Source: Eutreptiella sp. 'Long Island Sound 2002'
Taxonomy: Eukaryota > Protista > Euglenida
NCBI GenBank assembly: GCA_964036045.1
Contig: OZ038378.1
Coordinates: forward strand, 190,464,001 to 190,528,000
Direction: 5' to 3'
Length of the DNA: 64,000 bases
Below the pieces are notes generated by a model that made no database searches, was not told the DNA's origin, and worked only from the letters and a program-made list of their open reading frames with translations. Shown here piece by piece: positions 12,863 through 28,299 of the stretch. Numbering within the stretch: position 1 is the stretch's first letter; each line of letters opens with the position of its first letter. The position numbers and the translations under genes were made by a program.

Positions 12863-15724
12863 GTGTGCAATAACACCAGAACGGGCATGTCCAGGCTTGT
12901 TCCCCAGTGCCAGGCGTACACTTCCCATCGGAGGACTGTAATATGCGGCTTTGTAGCTGTGCTACACCGCGGTGTTCTGTGTGGGTGAGATTGTTGAATA
13001 CGGAGGCCCTGTGGATCTTCGGTCCACTTCGGCCATTTGGGCCTCAACATGCCCCTTGCAGCTGAATAGTGGTCTGGGGACATGTATGAGCAGGGTAACA
13101 GTCATGCCCATCAGGGTTGGTTTCGGAGGGGTCTGTGGTGCGTGTCCGTCATTTTGTGCAATCTTGTCCCATAGGCGATGTTGCGTTGATGTCTGATGTG
13201 TGCCTTAGTGGTGTGAGCAGGTGAGTTGGATGGACAGAGGGAGGGGCAAGGTAGGTAAGGAGGGAGGGAGGGAGGGTGTGAGTGAGTGACAGAGGGAGGG
13301 AGACGGGGTAGGTGGCGCCATACGGTGACCGTGATACGGTGACCGTGGTACTGTTGGACCATGGGAACCAACCCGTTGGTCACTGCAGAGGTCTAAGGCC
13401 AATTGGGATCAAGGGTCGCTGCGTTGGCAGATTGGGGATGGCGGGGGTTTGGCCCGGGTTGACTGAGATGAGTAACCCCCCCCCACTCGTCGAGAGTACC
13501 AACTGGCACACTCACTCAGCCTTTCCCCTCACCCCCCGGGAGAACAACGTGTGCAATGCGTCATTTGCAAATTTGTGATTTGGGCATTCTTCACAAAGGA
13601 CTTTGTGGCACAAGGGATTGGGGTCTGGGCAGCTTTATCTGGTTTGTGGGATGGGTTGAATGCACACGGGGCATTGCTGGTTGACCAAAGGGGTTTGGGG
13701 TCCACTTGCCTGGTGCGTGATTTAATGGTCGGCACTGGAGTCTCACATTGCCTCAGGACGTTCCACGCCCCTCCAAGAATTGACACCAAACATCCAAAAT
13801 GCACCAGAAGGTGATATTAGTCATCCACACCCATTCAGGGATTAACAGGCATTGTCAGGCCAACAAGAATAAATAGTAGTCATCCACGACTCGGCACAAA
13901 GGAATAGCAAGCTTCCAAGAGTCACTGAGAATCAACAACAAGCATTCAGAGGCCGCCAGCAAATGATATTCAAATAATATTCGTCATCTACTAGCCTGCA
14001 CACATGTGCAGGAGGCATCCCGAAGCCACCAGGAGGAAGCATGGTCATCCACAACCGTCAAGCAGCTAATCCGTTCAAGCCGCCTCCTGCGACCCCAAAA
14101 TGCACCATTGGTTACTGTGCCGGCCCCTCGCTTTCATACCCCCCCCCCCCAAGGGATGATTTTAGTAGGGAGGAGGGCTTCATCCCCCCCCCCCCCCTAG
14201 ACCGCCCCCCCCTCCTCCCCTTCTGATGTTTGAGGCTGACAGCCAAAATTTTGCTTTCGCGCCGAGGATTTAAGCTTATAAGTTTTTGGCTCGCCTTCGG
14301 TGGGGACCATAGGGGGACCATGGGAGGAGGGGTGTCCCAGCCAACCCCCCCCCCCCCCTCTCCAGACCTCCCTCCCCCGCCCCCCGTTCTAATACATCCC
14401 TGCCCCCCCCCCGCCCTTAAGTAGAAGTGGGCCAGATGCCCTTTGGGGGAGGGGAGGGGGGGCAGACGGGGGGCAGACCACTCCTTTCAGAGGGGGCACC
14501 AATGCCGGTAGCCCAAGCTAGTTGGGGCAGGGGGCGGGGTAGGAACATTGCCATGCCACGCTTCTTAAAGGTGGAGGGGCAGTGGTCTTATGGGGGTGGG
14601 GGCTTTGGCCATGGCATGCGCACCCCCCAGAAATGCGAATTGGCCTGCCTGGGGCGGCTGTGCACAAGGAAGTTGTACACAGGTTAGGGTTAGGGTTGCA
14701 CAGGTTGTACACAGGTTAGGGGTTGCATACAGGGGGGGTCGTGCGCAGGTGGGCCCCCACTATACACACGCCATATGAGGAGGGGGGGTGCCCCCCATCC
14801 CCCCCATGGACCCCCCCCCTCCCCTTCTAATGTGCAAACAAAAATGGAAAGTTTGTGGAGATGAAAAACCATTGTGGCGCCCTACAACCCCCGCATCACA
14901 GTGCAAAGTGCTTCCGTGTGGATGTATAGTGTGTCATGGCATTGTTGTCTGTTTGGGTTGCAAGACAAACCATGGACCGCCTTCCCCCTCTTAAAAAGGA
15001 GGTGAAAACTGCCATTGTTGAAGAGATGGTTGCTGCCATCATGTATTTTTGTCACACTGACCCTTTCCATGGGAAGCGGAAAGCGGAGGTGGAAAATGAG
15101 GCGCAAATGGCTGCGGTAGAGTGATTCGGATAGTGATAGCCTTGCATAGTATTCCGGACCAGATTCTAGATCACCTGAAAATGCATTACATTGTTCATTG
15201 GAGGAATTGGAATAACAATCGCCACTGCTGTCAACACTGCTGGCATCCTCACCACTAGACTGAGAACAATCCATGCTGTCTCACACAAAATGGCACAACC
15301 TGTCCCTTACATATCTTGGACCCAAGACTGCTTTTCTGTTCCACAAGGGGAGTATTTCCTCTTGCATTTTGTAGTATACTCAATGCCCATCCATCCAGCA
15401 GTATGCTGGGATGCTGCACAGGAAAAAAGATTTTTGGCCATTTTTAGGTTGGACACCTAAGGAGGAGAGTTGTCCCAGCCAACCCCCCCCCCCCTCAAAA
15501 GGAGCAGTGAAACAGGGCAAGTCATCCAAGGGCTCCATTGACATGACCAAAACATGTTTAGACCCACAGAGGGTCAGAACATGCAAGGGCGAGAGGCCAC
15601 ATTGGGAACCTGAGGGGGTGGACTCTTGAGGCGGTCATGGGATTAGAGTTACACCATGCCACAAGACATACATACATACATACATACATACATACCTACA
15701 TACATACATACATACATACATACA

Positions 15725-15756
<32 letters not shown>

Positions 15757-15782
15757 GCGGAGTCCCCCCCGGCGAATCCGAG

Positions 15783-15982
15783 NNNNNNNNNNNNNNNNNN
15801 NNNNNNNNNNNNNNNNNNNNNNNNNNNNNNNNNNNNNNNNNNNNNNNNNNNNNNNNNNNNNNNNNNNNNNNNNNNNNNNNNNNNNNNNNNNNNNNNNNNN
15901 NNNNNNNNNNNNNNNNNNNNNNNNNNNNNNNNNNNNNNNNNNNNNNNNNNNNNNNNNNNNNNNNNNNNNNNNNNNNNNNNNN
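15783..15982. other. Assembly gap (200 N)
   Basis: Run of N. Confidence 1.
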
Positions 15983-16110
15983 TTTCGCCTCACAGGTGCA
16001 GCGAGAGAACCAACCTCGCGCCGTGACGTCAAGACAGCTACGGGCCCCCACCGCCGGCGGGGGTCCACAGGCCTACTCCCTCACTCCTGCGCCCCCCCCC
16101 CCCCTCGCCC

Positions 16111-16600
16111 CCAGCACGCCAGGGCCGCACCAGCTGTGCTGTGCAGGCCCCACAGGCACCCCCGCACGCCAGGGCCGCACCAGCAGTGCTGTGCAGGCCC
16201 CACAGGAACCCCCGCACGCCAGGGCCGCACCAGCAGTGCTGTGCAAGCCCCACAGGAACCCCCGCACGCCAGGGCCGCGCCAGCAGTGCTGTGCAGGCCC
16301 CACAGCAACCCCCGCACGCCAGGGCCGCACCAGCTGTGCTGTGCAGGCCCCACAGAAACCCCGCAAGCCAGGGCCGCACCAGCTGTGCTGTGCAGGCCCC
16401 ACAGGCACCCCCGCACGCCAGGGCCGCACCAGCAGTGCTGTGCAGGCCCCACAGGAACCCCCGCACGCCAGGGCCGCACCAGCAGTGCTGTGCAGCCCCC
16501 ACAGGAACCCCGCACGCCAGGGCCGCACCAGCTGTGCTGTGCAGGCCCCACAGGAACCCCCGCACGCCAGGGCCGCACCAGCTGTGCTGTGCAGGCCCCA
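16111..16600. repeat. ~50-bp GC-rich minisatellite, ~10 copies
   Basis: Unit CCCCGCACGCCAGGGCCGCACCAGC(A/T)GTGCTGTGCAGGCCCCACAGGAA, period 50. Confidence 0.95.
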
Positions 16601-17045
16601 CGGGAAACGGGCAGCGCCCCCCCACGCCCGCGCTCGTGCGGTTCAGGGGCACGCAGGCAGATTGCCCCCTCCCCTGTCGTGGGGGAGCGGCGGCCGGAAG
16701 CAAGGGGAATCGGGGCCCCGCAGGTCCCCGAACAGGTGGTCCCTCCATCCAGCCCCCCCACCCCGCCTCCGTCACACACAGGTCGGGTCACCCTCCCCCC
16801 TGCAGCGGGGGAGGGCTCCAGGGTAACACACACAGGTGGTCCTCCCTCCTCCGTGCGCGCGCACCCCCCCCCCCCCTCCACACCACGGCGCCCCCCCCCC
16901 CCCCCCCTCGGTCGTTGTCGGCACACGCCCGGCCAGCGTGACGCCGGCCGACTGCTCCCTTGCGCCCTGCCCAGGGAGAGCGTGTCTGGCAATTTCTCCC
17001 GCCGGCACGTGCTGGGTGCCTTCACAACAACAACAACAACAAAAA

Positions 17046-17369
17046 TACATACATACATACATACATACATACATACATACATACATACATACATACATAC
17101 ATACATACATACATACATACATACATACATACATACATACATACATACATACATACATACATACATACATACATACATACATACATACATACATACATAC
17201 ATACATACATACATACATACATACATACATACATACATACATACATACATACATACATACATACATACATACATACATACATACATACATACATACATAC
17301 ATACATACATACATACATACATACATACATACATACATACATACATACATACATACATACATACATACA

Positions 17370-17397
<28 letters not shown>
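17046..17397. repeat. (TACA)n microsatellite, ~350 bp (shorter copy at 15666-15754)
   Basis: Direct reading. Confidence 0.98.
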
Positions 17398-17400
<3 letters not shown>

Positions 17401-17509
17401 TACTACACCCCTCTCCCCTTAAATATAGCTAGCAACAAGCAACAACAAGCAAGCACGTCACCATTCCGTTTTGGCCATTGCACCTTCCCAACGCCTCGGG
17501 CTTGACTCT

Positions 17510-19265
<1,756 letters not shown>

Positions 19266-19299
19266 AACTGTGCACGGGCCGGGCTGCCCTCCAGCTGCA

Positions 19300-20402
19300 C
19301 AGCGTTTTTTGGCCCAAAACGGCCCCGAAACCCAGTCAAAACGGCCAAACGAAGGCAAATGGTTGCTACACTCCACGTGCGCCTCGATTGCCCCGTGCCC
19401 AAGAGCCCTTTCTTGCCCTCTAGCTCCACGATATGTCCGAGAAACGACCCAAAAAATGACCGAAAATGGCCTGCATATGCGCTATTTGTGTCAAACAGGC
19501 CCAAAACCAAGAACGGGCCGTATCTTGGCCTATGTGGCTCAAAACCCAATTCCAAGGGCACCTAGTCCACCCGCAACCCCCCACTTTTTGTGGTTTCCAA
19601 GCCTCAGAATCGCCCAGCGAGACGCGTAGACCCCTGTACCAGTGGTCACTTGGTGGAGCCGGAGGGCAGCGCGGCCCGCTCACGGTGGGGACCAACGGTG
19701 TGTCCACCAGGGTCCCCGGGGCGAAAAAATCATTTTTTCCAAAGTTGTTCCTAGACCACTTGGGATGCTCAAACAAGTGTTTTTGGCCCGTTTTGAGCCC
19801 GTGGTGACGCTTTTTGGGCCATGGAAAATCCAAAATGCCTTGAAAATGGGCTGTTTTGGGACTAAAAATGGGTCAAAAATGGGTCAAAAACACATTTTTC
19901 CAAAAGTGACCCTGGACCATTTGGGATGCTCAAACAAGTGTTTTTAGCCAATTTTGAGCCTGTGGGGACGGGTTTTGGCCCATGGAAATCCCAAAATGCT
20001 TTGAAAAGGGGCCATTTTGGACCAAAATTGGGTGAAAAATGGGTCAAAAACACGTTTTTCCAACAGTGATCCTGGATCATTCGGCATGCCCAAACAAGTG
20101 TTTTTAGCCCATTTTGAGCCTGTGGTGACGTGTTTTGGCCCATGGAAAATCCCAAAATGCCTCAAAAAGGGGCCGCTTTGGGAGCAAAATTGGGTGAAAA
20201 ATCGGTCAAAAACGCGTTTTTCTAAAAGTGATCCTGGACCATTGGGGGTGCACAAACAAGTGAAATCAGCCCATTTTGAGCCCGTTTTGACCGAGTTTAG
20301 CCCCTTCCGCCACATGTATGCACCAAGTTGTGCCCTTTGCAGGTACCTTAGAGCCGTATGGTGGAGCCACTTGGAGTTGGGGAGAGGGGTGTAGATTAGA
20401 GG
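19300..20402 (+). mobile_element. Copy 3 of the 161-bp-unit element
   Basis: Colinear with copy 1 (CCAAACGAAGGCAAATGG...GTGTAGATTAGAGGA); end followed by ATTAGAGG repeats instead of (TA)n. Confidence 0.75.
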
Positions 20403-20680
20403 AATTAGAGGATTAGAGGCCAACAGTTAGTTGGGGGGGGTAGTTGGCGTCCAAAAATGATGGGTCGCCCCCCCCCCCCCCTCATTGTTGTGGGAACCAA
20501 GGATCCACAGTGCAGGGGAGGACGACGAGATGGGGGAGTGTACCACCCCCACGAGCTGTCCGGAGACAGCAGAATGGGCCGGTGTGAAGCAGGAAGGGGC
20601 CTTACACCCCTGGCAGGAGCACGTCCCCACAGCACCCGGATTCGTCCTCTTAACTGTCCGTGACCTATCTATGTGCTTAG

Positions 20681-20842
20681 GAAATGTTGTACCTGCACCA
20701 GTTCCGGGAGGCCACGCTTCTGATGCCGACCTGGTTCATGGCCGTGGATATCTTTCGGGCCTGTGGGGGTTTTCACGAAGTGCCGTGTGAGGATGTGTTG
20801 TTCTTGTACGCTCACCTGAGGCTTGGTGGCAAGCTGGACAAG
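20681..20842 (+). CDS. B3GNTL1: B3GNTL1-like exon 5 (EMLYLHQFREATLLMPTWFMAVDIFRACGGFHEVPCEDVLFLYAHLRLGGKLDK)
   Basis: GCTTAG acceptor, AAG|GTGTGG donor, 54 codons; MPTWF and ED..F.Y.HLR.GG motifs. Confidence 0.92.
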
Positions 20843-21024
20843 GTGTGGAGGGTGTGCCTACTGTTTGTGGAGACGCTTATCTCACAGCACATGCCACTTG
20901 CGGCATGTAGCTCGTGCGTATATGGGCACGCGATGGCAGGTCCAGCTACCCGACATCCTGAACACGAAGGCCATCCCTGCACACATGCACACATGGCGGC
21001 ACAAACAGACGTGTGCACATACGG

Positions 21025-21625
<601 letters not shown>

Positions 21626-22736
21626 CAAACTCATGGTCCAGATTGCAGGAGATTGGAGTTGAGCCCCCCCCAATTTGTGCCTGAGTGGAATTGGCTGCCT
21701 GACACACACAGCAGCATTTCTCTGTCGAGCGCTGCAGCTTCTTCCAATTCACTCCATGTGCTGCAAAGGAGGATGGAGGACAGGATGACTGGCCATGGTA
21801 GGGCATCAACTGACCTGACTCTGAACCCTGCACGGAGATCCTGACTCCGCAGAAGGGCTAGGCACAGGCAACAAAGAGGTGACTGCCCTGTTAGCACTGA
21901 ATATGACCTCCAGCTCAAAGCTACACATGGGCCTCCCTCATTGTTATAGCATCCAGGACCTCCCCTCATTACCCATGTCGTGCAAGAGCGTATCGGACCT
22001 TAAGAGACGTCTGCCCTCGAAAAAAAGTACACTTCCTAAACCCTTCTGACTCCCCTCTCATGCAAGGGGCGTGGAGGGCTGTGGATGGCTGTGGATGGCT
22101 GTTGAGAGTTGCCGAGGGTTGTGGAGGACTGTCAGGGTGGTTTTGTGAAGAATCAGTGAGGAATTGCAACGAGGAAAGCGGGCTGTTCAGGGTTCCTGGG
22201 TGTTGACAATGGCTAGCAAAGGAAGTCCCAAGGCTTGTCAACCATTGAAGATGGCCGTCAAGAGACTTTTTGACGTTGTTGAGAGTTGGTGAGGGTACTT
22301 TGAATTGAGGTATTGTTGAGTGATTGCGACGGTTGTTGAGGGTTGAAGAGGCTTGTTGAGGGCGCTGAAAAGGTCGTAGGGTGTTAATGAGTGCAGGATC
22401 GGGCTGGAGGTTGGTGTTGAGGGGGGCTGCGTAGGGTTGCGGGGCGTCAGGGGGGTTGTTCTGGTGACGGCATAGGCGGTGAGTCCAAAGATGCCGGATG
22501 TCCCCCCTATGAGACCCCCAGCCAATGCCTCAGCAGTCAACATCCTTCAGCAGCCTTTATCAACCCCCTTGAATCCTCAATAGCATTTGTCAGTTTTCGT
22601 CTCCCCTGACGAACCCTCAATGAGCCCCAGCCATCTCTCAACCGCCCCTCACCAGCCCTCAACTACAAGAGCTACTCCCGTGTGTGTCAAAGTGTGAATC
22701 AGAGTCGAGCGAAGAGCTACTTCTGTGCCCGTGCAG

Positions 22737-22814
22737 GTACCCCAGCCACTGACGGTGTACCGCTACCATGAGTCGCAGGCTTCACGGGCAGTACCGCGGA
22801 GAGTTTTAATGCAG
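22737..22814 (+). CDS. B3GNTL1: B3GNTL1-like exon 6 (VPQPLTVYRYHESQASRAVPRRVLMQ)
   Basis: GTGCAG acceptor, CAG|GTGCCA donor, phase 0; L..YR.H motif of GT2. Confidence 0.88.
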
Positions 22815-23852
22815 GTGCCACCTGCTTTTGCACACGACACCGCGAGCGCCCTCCCTTTCAGTTTGCAGATTGTTGCATCAAGTGATCGTACCAGCGGTAA
22901 TGTGAAACACAATGCTGTTTCTGGGACATACCAGACACTCCATGACATTACTCATGCGGACCCCGATACACAGGGTTCACCTGATCCATCTGAGTTTTCC
23001 GAATGCTAGAGTCTGGGCCTGCGGGCAATCAGCATGACTTTGTGAGCAACGGAGGAAACAGTTTTCCAAAGGAAACCTGTCACAACAATTACCAACGTTT
23101 GTCCGACCACCGCTGATGTCACCACCTCCTCGGCAACAGTGAGATTTTGTCTCGTTTGTTTTGAGACTGGTTCGAACAACCAGTCATGTTTGAAAATGAT
23201 GGCAACGAGGAAATGGGTGATCCACTCAACATACGCACCATCCTTGACCCCTTCGACAGTCCCGCTTGGGAATTTCAAGCCTCAAATTATAGAGGGTGCG
23301 TACCGCGCTTTCAGAAACCCCTTGATCCCACTGCGTCTGCAGCGCCAGAGCGGCATAGCTTGTGGCCAGATGACGGCCAACAAAAAAAATTGGAAAAAAG
23401 TTTCACTTAAAATTCCAGTCGACACAAACGGGGGTGAAATGGCAAACGCCGTTTGCCGGCTCTTTTAGCCTGCGTGTGAGCTGTGGAGGATTAAAGGCGA
23501 GTGAGCTTGCAAATGGTGGCATTGAAGCCCAACTGAGAACGGCCGATGTACCGTCCTCAAGCTTTGTAAATGGCAGCAGCGATAATGTCTGATGATATGG
23601 TGATAAGATGAGACACTATGGTGTGCTCCAATTTGTAAGTTTAATTTATTGCAGCATTTTTCTACGAAATGACCTGTCCCGTGTCCTCCACCACAAATCA
23701 ACCGAAAAAACGAGTCGGTTGCTAAACCAACCCCCCAAAACGAGTCATTTGGGTATTTGGGTTGGCAGAAGCCTGTGTTAGGGGCTGGGTTTGTTTGCGA
23801 GGGTGATTTTTGGTCGGGGATGTCGTGTACCATCGTGTGTCATCGTGTACAG

Positions 23853-23945
23853 CATCGCACTGAAGCAATCCAGAGCCACGTGTTGTCTACTTGGCAAACG
23901 TTCTCCATTTGGAGCTGTGGCCGGGACGGGAAGGCATTCTTCAAG
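23853..23945 (+). CDS. B3GNTL1: B3GNTL1-like exon 7 (HRTEAIQSHVLSTWQTFSIWSCGRDGKAFFK)
   Basis: GTACAG acceptor, AAG|GTCTGC donor; W..F.IW..G..G motif (B3GNTL1 WAAFTIWNAGKQG). Confidence 0.9.
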
Positions 23946-24898
23946 GTCTGCGTCGCCCCACACCACTGTGTCTCACCTTTGTGTACTCTTCTCCCTGTTG
24001 TGCGTGCTGAAGAAGCGGCAGGTGGGAGATGGGGAGCAGGCGCAACCGCTGCTTGGGCCAGCCTTGCTGGCCAAAGGTGAGGCAGCGAGGGGACTTGGAT
24101 CAGAGCGCCTCCCTCCGCACACATCTTTTTCAGACTGACAGGTGCGGATTGCCTGGAAAGTGGGTGGAAGCATTGCCCACGCGTCCAATAGGGCGAACCA
24201 CAAAAACAAATCATTCCGTGCCATTCCGTGCCATTCTACATCTTCATCAAAATTGGGGCCAGCCTTCGGACCCCCCGTTAGCAGGTGGGGGATACAGAAG
24301 AGGGGCTCCATGCTGAGTACCTTGGTTTTTCTGAAAAAATTTTTAGCCTTCCCTTTTGAGGCCATTTTGAAAAAAAGTTTCAACAAAAACAAAGGATATC
24401 TGGCGAAACATCTGATGAAACGAAAAAGCTACCCTGGAATACCGATCTAGCGTCTTTTGAGCCTGGCTGTACACATTAACGTCCCCAAGCCATGGGCCGC
24501 CTGCCCTTGGACCCTCCTGTCCGAGGGTGGCAGGGTCTGGAAAAGGGGCTCCAAGCCCCCCCCTCCCCCCGGCCTTTTCAATTTGAGAAGGCTTTATCTG
24601 CACCTGCTTTTCACTCCATCTTTTTGTTTTGTCTTCTTGCTGTCCATCTGCTCCGTCTCTGCACCATTGCCTGAGTGAATCTGTGTGCGATGATTGCGTT
24701 TTTCAGCCCTCGAAATGGGATTCCTCCCGCGTGGCGTGCACCGTGCGCCGTGCCACCCCCCCAAAGTCATGTGGGTCATGTGCTGTGGACAAGGTTCGCC
24801 GTCGTCTGGTGTGAATTTTTCGGCGTGTGCGTGGCTTGTGTCATGGTGCGTGCTCGTGTGGCTGGGCATCATCTGTGCTTCTTGTCTTTGTCCCACAG

Positions 24899-25021
24899 CT
24901 GCTCAGCCCTGAATCTCAGCGCAAAGTAGTGTCATTCGCTGAGGTCGACGCAAAGAAAGTGGGCACGGACTACTTTGCTAACCTGCTCCGTCTGCGCATT
25001 CCAATCGTGCATTTCATGGAG
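24899..25021 (+). CDS. B3GNTL1: B3GNTL1-like exon 8 (LLSPESQRKVVSFAEVDAKKVGTDYFANLLRLRIPIVHFME)
   Basis: TCCCACAG acceptor, GAG|GTGTGC donor; SQRKVV.F..VD..K and RIPI.HF motifs. Confidence 0.92.
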
Positions 25022-25498
25022 GTGTGCTCCTCCTGCTAGCACACCTTGAGGCACAGGAGGGTGCCGATCTCACTGATTCATATGATCCAAACGCTCCTCT
25101 TCCACTTTCTCCCTAGTCAGCTGCAAGATGGGCCGAGGTTGCGGAGATTAGATTGGATTGCTGTTGCTGCGTCGGTTGCCATCGTAGTTGCCGTTGCAGT
25201 TGTCGTTGCCGCTGCAACTGCTGTTGTTCGCGTGCATGACGTGGCTATTCATGCACTCACAGGTCCGGATGGGTCATCCGCCAACACCCCCATTTCCCAT
25301 TTTGCACGGCTTTCCTCGATTTCTCCCACTTCCCCCTCCAGTTCGCCCATTGGAGAGGCCGTAAACTCCAGTTTGTCTCGTTGACACCATAGCAGGACAG
25401 GGGCCGGCGAAGCAAGGGACATTACAAATTACAAAAGGCTGTCAGAAACACAAGAAGCCATGCGCCCCAGAGGATGCGCAGTGCTTGCATGGTGCGTA

Positions 25499-26359
25499 CC
25501 GTGCAAACTTTAAAGATTTGCCGAAATATTTAATTCTGTCGGCAACATGTGTTTATACGCAAAAAAAAAACAAATTCAAAAAATGAAATAATTTTTTAGG
25601 GCCAGGTGTTGGAAACGGTAAAAGGGTGCGCAAAAGTGCGCAAAAATTAATTAATTCTGTGTGCGGATGTCCCTGTATTCCTCTTCGTTTGCAGACACAA
25701 TGCTCGGTTTGCAAGTTTTTTTCAAGTTATCCCCCATGAAACTGCTGTGGCCCGCTTTGCAGCTGAAGGCCACAGGGCAGAAATCTCTGATTTTTGTCGT
25801 GGGATTGTCCGTGGTCCGGCTTTCCGTCCCCCGTGACAGGCTGGCATTTATTTAGTGTCTCATTATATTGATGGTCACATATGGGGAAAACCAACAGTGC
25901 TTGTGAGTCCCAGTTTCTGTGTCCCGGAAGGTCGGATTTTGTGCATGTGTTTTCCACGTTGCGGTGTAGAAATTGGGACCCTGAAACCGGTGACAAGCAT
26001 CAGACCAAATTTAGAAATTCCTGGCATGGCGGCAGGGGCTGGTAGGTGCAGAAATTGGGACCCTGGGACCAGGGACAAGCAGCATCATCATACCAGAGCG
26101 CCTTCAAAAGCATCCATTCACGAAGAGCATAATCATTTGTACGAAAGAATTTGGTTGCACAAGATGCGCAAAAAAAAACGCAAAAAAGGAAATACATTTT
26201 GGGTCAAATAGCTGCGCAAAAATTGAAATTTGCAAAAAAAAATCGAAAAAATAAATTAATTTTTCCGAATTCTGGCTGTATGCGCAAAAATTTTGCATGA
26301 AAAAATTCAAATTGGCTGCGCAAAAAATAGGGTTCCGCGAAATTCAAAAGTTTGCACGG
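25499..26359. mobile_element. Tc1/mariner-type MITE (861 bp) in glycosyltransferase intron 8
   Basis: TIR CCGTGCAAACTTT ... AAAGTTTGCACGG flanked by TA on both sides (25497-98, 26360-61); AT-rich, non-coding interior. Confidence 0.8.
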
Positions 26360-26985
26360 TAAACGTGTGGATCGTACCGAGTCCCTGCTGTTGCCGTCAC
26401 TATTGGCCCCGCCGCGTTACTATTGCTCCAACCACGCTTCTACCATCGCTGTCTGCCGCTGTTGTAGTTGCTGATCCCGCTTCTGGTAATGGTTCTGGTG
26501 ACCTGGGGCGATCTCGCGACCCCAAAATGAGATGGTGCCAAACCGCAGGGCTTAGCCCACCCGACACCCGTTTATAAACATGCTGAGCCGCCCTGTTCAC
26601 CACTACACCTGTCGCAGGGTACCACATCCGCTGAGTTGCATCTCACCCTGATCCACCACCTATTTCACCGCCCCATTCTGCCCCTGAGCATGTACTGCGC
26701 TCGAGCCCCAGACAGAAATGGTGGAGCTCGAAAACATAGGATAGTGACCTCATGCGTAACCACCAATAGACAACAACAAGAAGGCCGACCTGCATGGAAA
26801 CACGGTGTTTTGACTGGCAGGACGGAGTGATCACTGAATATCAAAAAAATTGCCGCTCTGTTGCTGGGGCTGTTCCTGTTGTGTGCATGGGCGCATCCCC
26901 TTTGTGTCCGCATCATTCGTGGTGTCCTGCGCATGGCGGTCCCTGCAGATGTATGAACATGCCCTCTTTGCTTGCTGTGGTTCAG

Positions 26986-27111
26986 GTCCCTCCTCCGATG
27001 GTGATCTGCGTGGCCCTTGACCGCACGGGCGGCAATTTTGAGGGCAATCTAGAGGATTGGAAGCGACGGTACAACGCAACGGAGGGTGTGGATTACTGGC
27101 ATTTCTGCTGA
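26986..27111 (+). CDS. B3GNTL1: B3GNTL1-like last exon (VPPPMVICVALDRTGGNFEGNLEDWKRRYNATEGVDYWHFC*)
   Basis: TTCAG acceptor, TGA at 27109-27111; matches the B3GNTL1 C-terminus [20 protein letters not shown]...EG.D..HF. The nine exons sum to 1045 nt = 1 + 348 codons, in frame. Confidence 0.93.
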   Translation, partial: VPPPMVICVALDRTGGNFEGNLEDWKRRYNATEGVDYWHFC

Positions 27112-28299
27112 TCCTCTCGCTGGTTGACGACGTAGGGCGGCTGGCAGCAATCTTCGGTGACAGGGGGCCAGACATTGTGGTTGCCGCTGCAGCTTTTGGT
27201 TCTGGTCCCCGACATGCGGACAGCCCAGAACGGCAGTGTTTGCATTGTCTGGGAAAACCTGTGCGACTATTCTGGTACCATGGATGGCAAAGTAGGCTGG
27301 TGATTGCTCGCTGTTGTATGGGTGACCAAACAATGCCCAGCTGCAGCTGCTAGCTGCTGCACCCAGACGAGCGTCGGCACACCCATTGGTTGCACCTGTG
27401 GAACGCATCGGCCGCAATGCATTGCCCCTTTCGGTTGGAGGTTGGCCGATGTGGTCGAGGCCAAGAGGCAGTCTATTGATGACCAGCGACGCCAACAAAG
27501 GGCCGCAGAAGGCGGATCAAAGGCGATAGAAGAGCGAAAGGACAGTAACATGGGGTGGAAACGGTGGATGGCATCATGGGGGGCCTTGGATACAGGCCAG
27601 CAACAGGCAGATGCCTGTGTTGGCTGACATGCGGTGTTGCTTTGTCGTTGCATGTCTGGTTCCATTGGAAGCGACTTGATGACCCCTGCCTTGTTGGTTG
27701 AGGTTGGACCTCTGCCTCCCGGGAGAGGCTGCAACCCAAGCCTGTCAGCCTCCATACGGATGGTCCTGCAGCAGACAAATTGAAACAATGGCTCATGCCC
27801 TTTCTGACTGCCAGTCTCATTTACTCAGCAGGCGCACCCTTCAAAAGCATGGGAACCGGTGCAAAGACCATCACTCGCATGCTTGCAAGAGAATCCCCCT
27901 ACAACTGTCTTTTGCCTCTCCACAGGGCTTAGCACAGTGGTTGGCCCTTGCGGCGCATTGGATGCTCAGGAACATATCCAGCAAAGGGTGCAAGACCTCC
28001 TTAGATGAATTTCTTTCTGTCTGAATTAACATTGTCAGTTTGATTATTTCCTGGGAACTTCTGGCACATTATGTGCCTGTTTTCCAACACTTTTCTACAA
28101 CTCTGATCACATTTCCCAGCAGGGAGTGTTGACTGACCAGCAATACTTTACATGCCAGACCCACCAGTGTCGCAAGAGCGCCAGCACAAGAGCCTGCTGA
28201 AATATGAGCTCAGGCAAGTTTTGGCAACTCTGGCTTTGTAGGAGATTGCAGAAGCCAGCATGAACGGGTTTCGTCTTTTCTATCCCGACAATTGTGCAG

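Larger units (their letters stand above)
15755..17045 (+). mobile_element. Non-coding element (contains the assembly gap) embedded in a (TACA)n array and ending in a (CAA)5 tail
   Basis: Flanked by (CATA)n at 15666-15754 and (TACA)n at 17046-17397; ends ...GGTGCCTTCA(CAA)5. Confidence 0.55.

Noticed and set aside
14684-14722. TTAGGG telomere-like repeats (also CTAACCC at ~40007-40028)
   Set aside because: Only 2-3 imperfect units inside other repeats; not a telomere or a clear fusion scar.
16038-17505. Long ORFs of 180-437 aa (MYVC/HTYI/CAGP repeats)
   Set aside because: Translations of the (TACA)n array and the 50-bp minisatellite.
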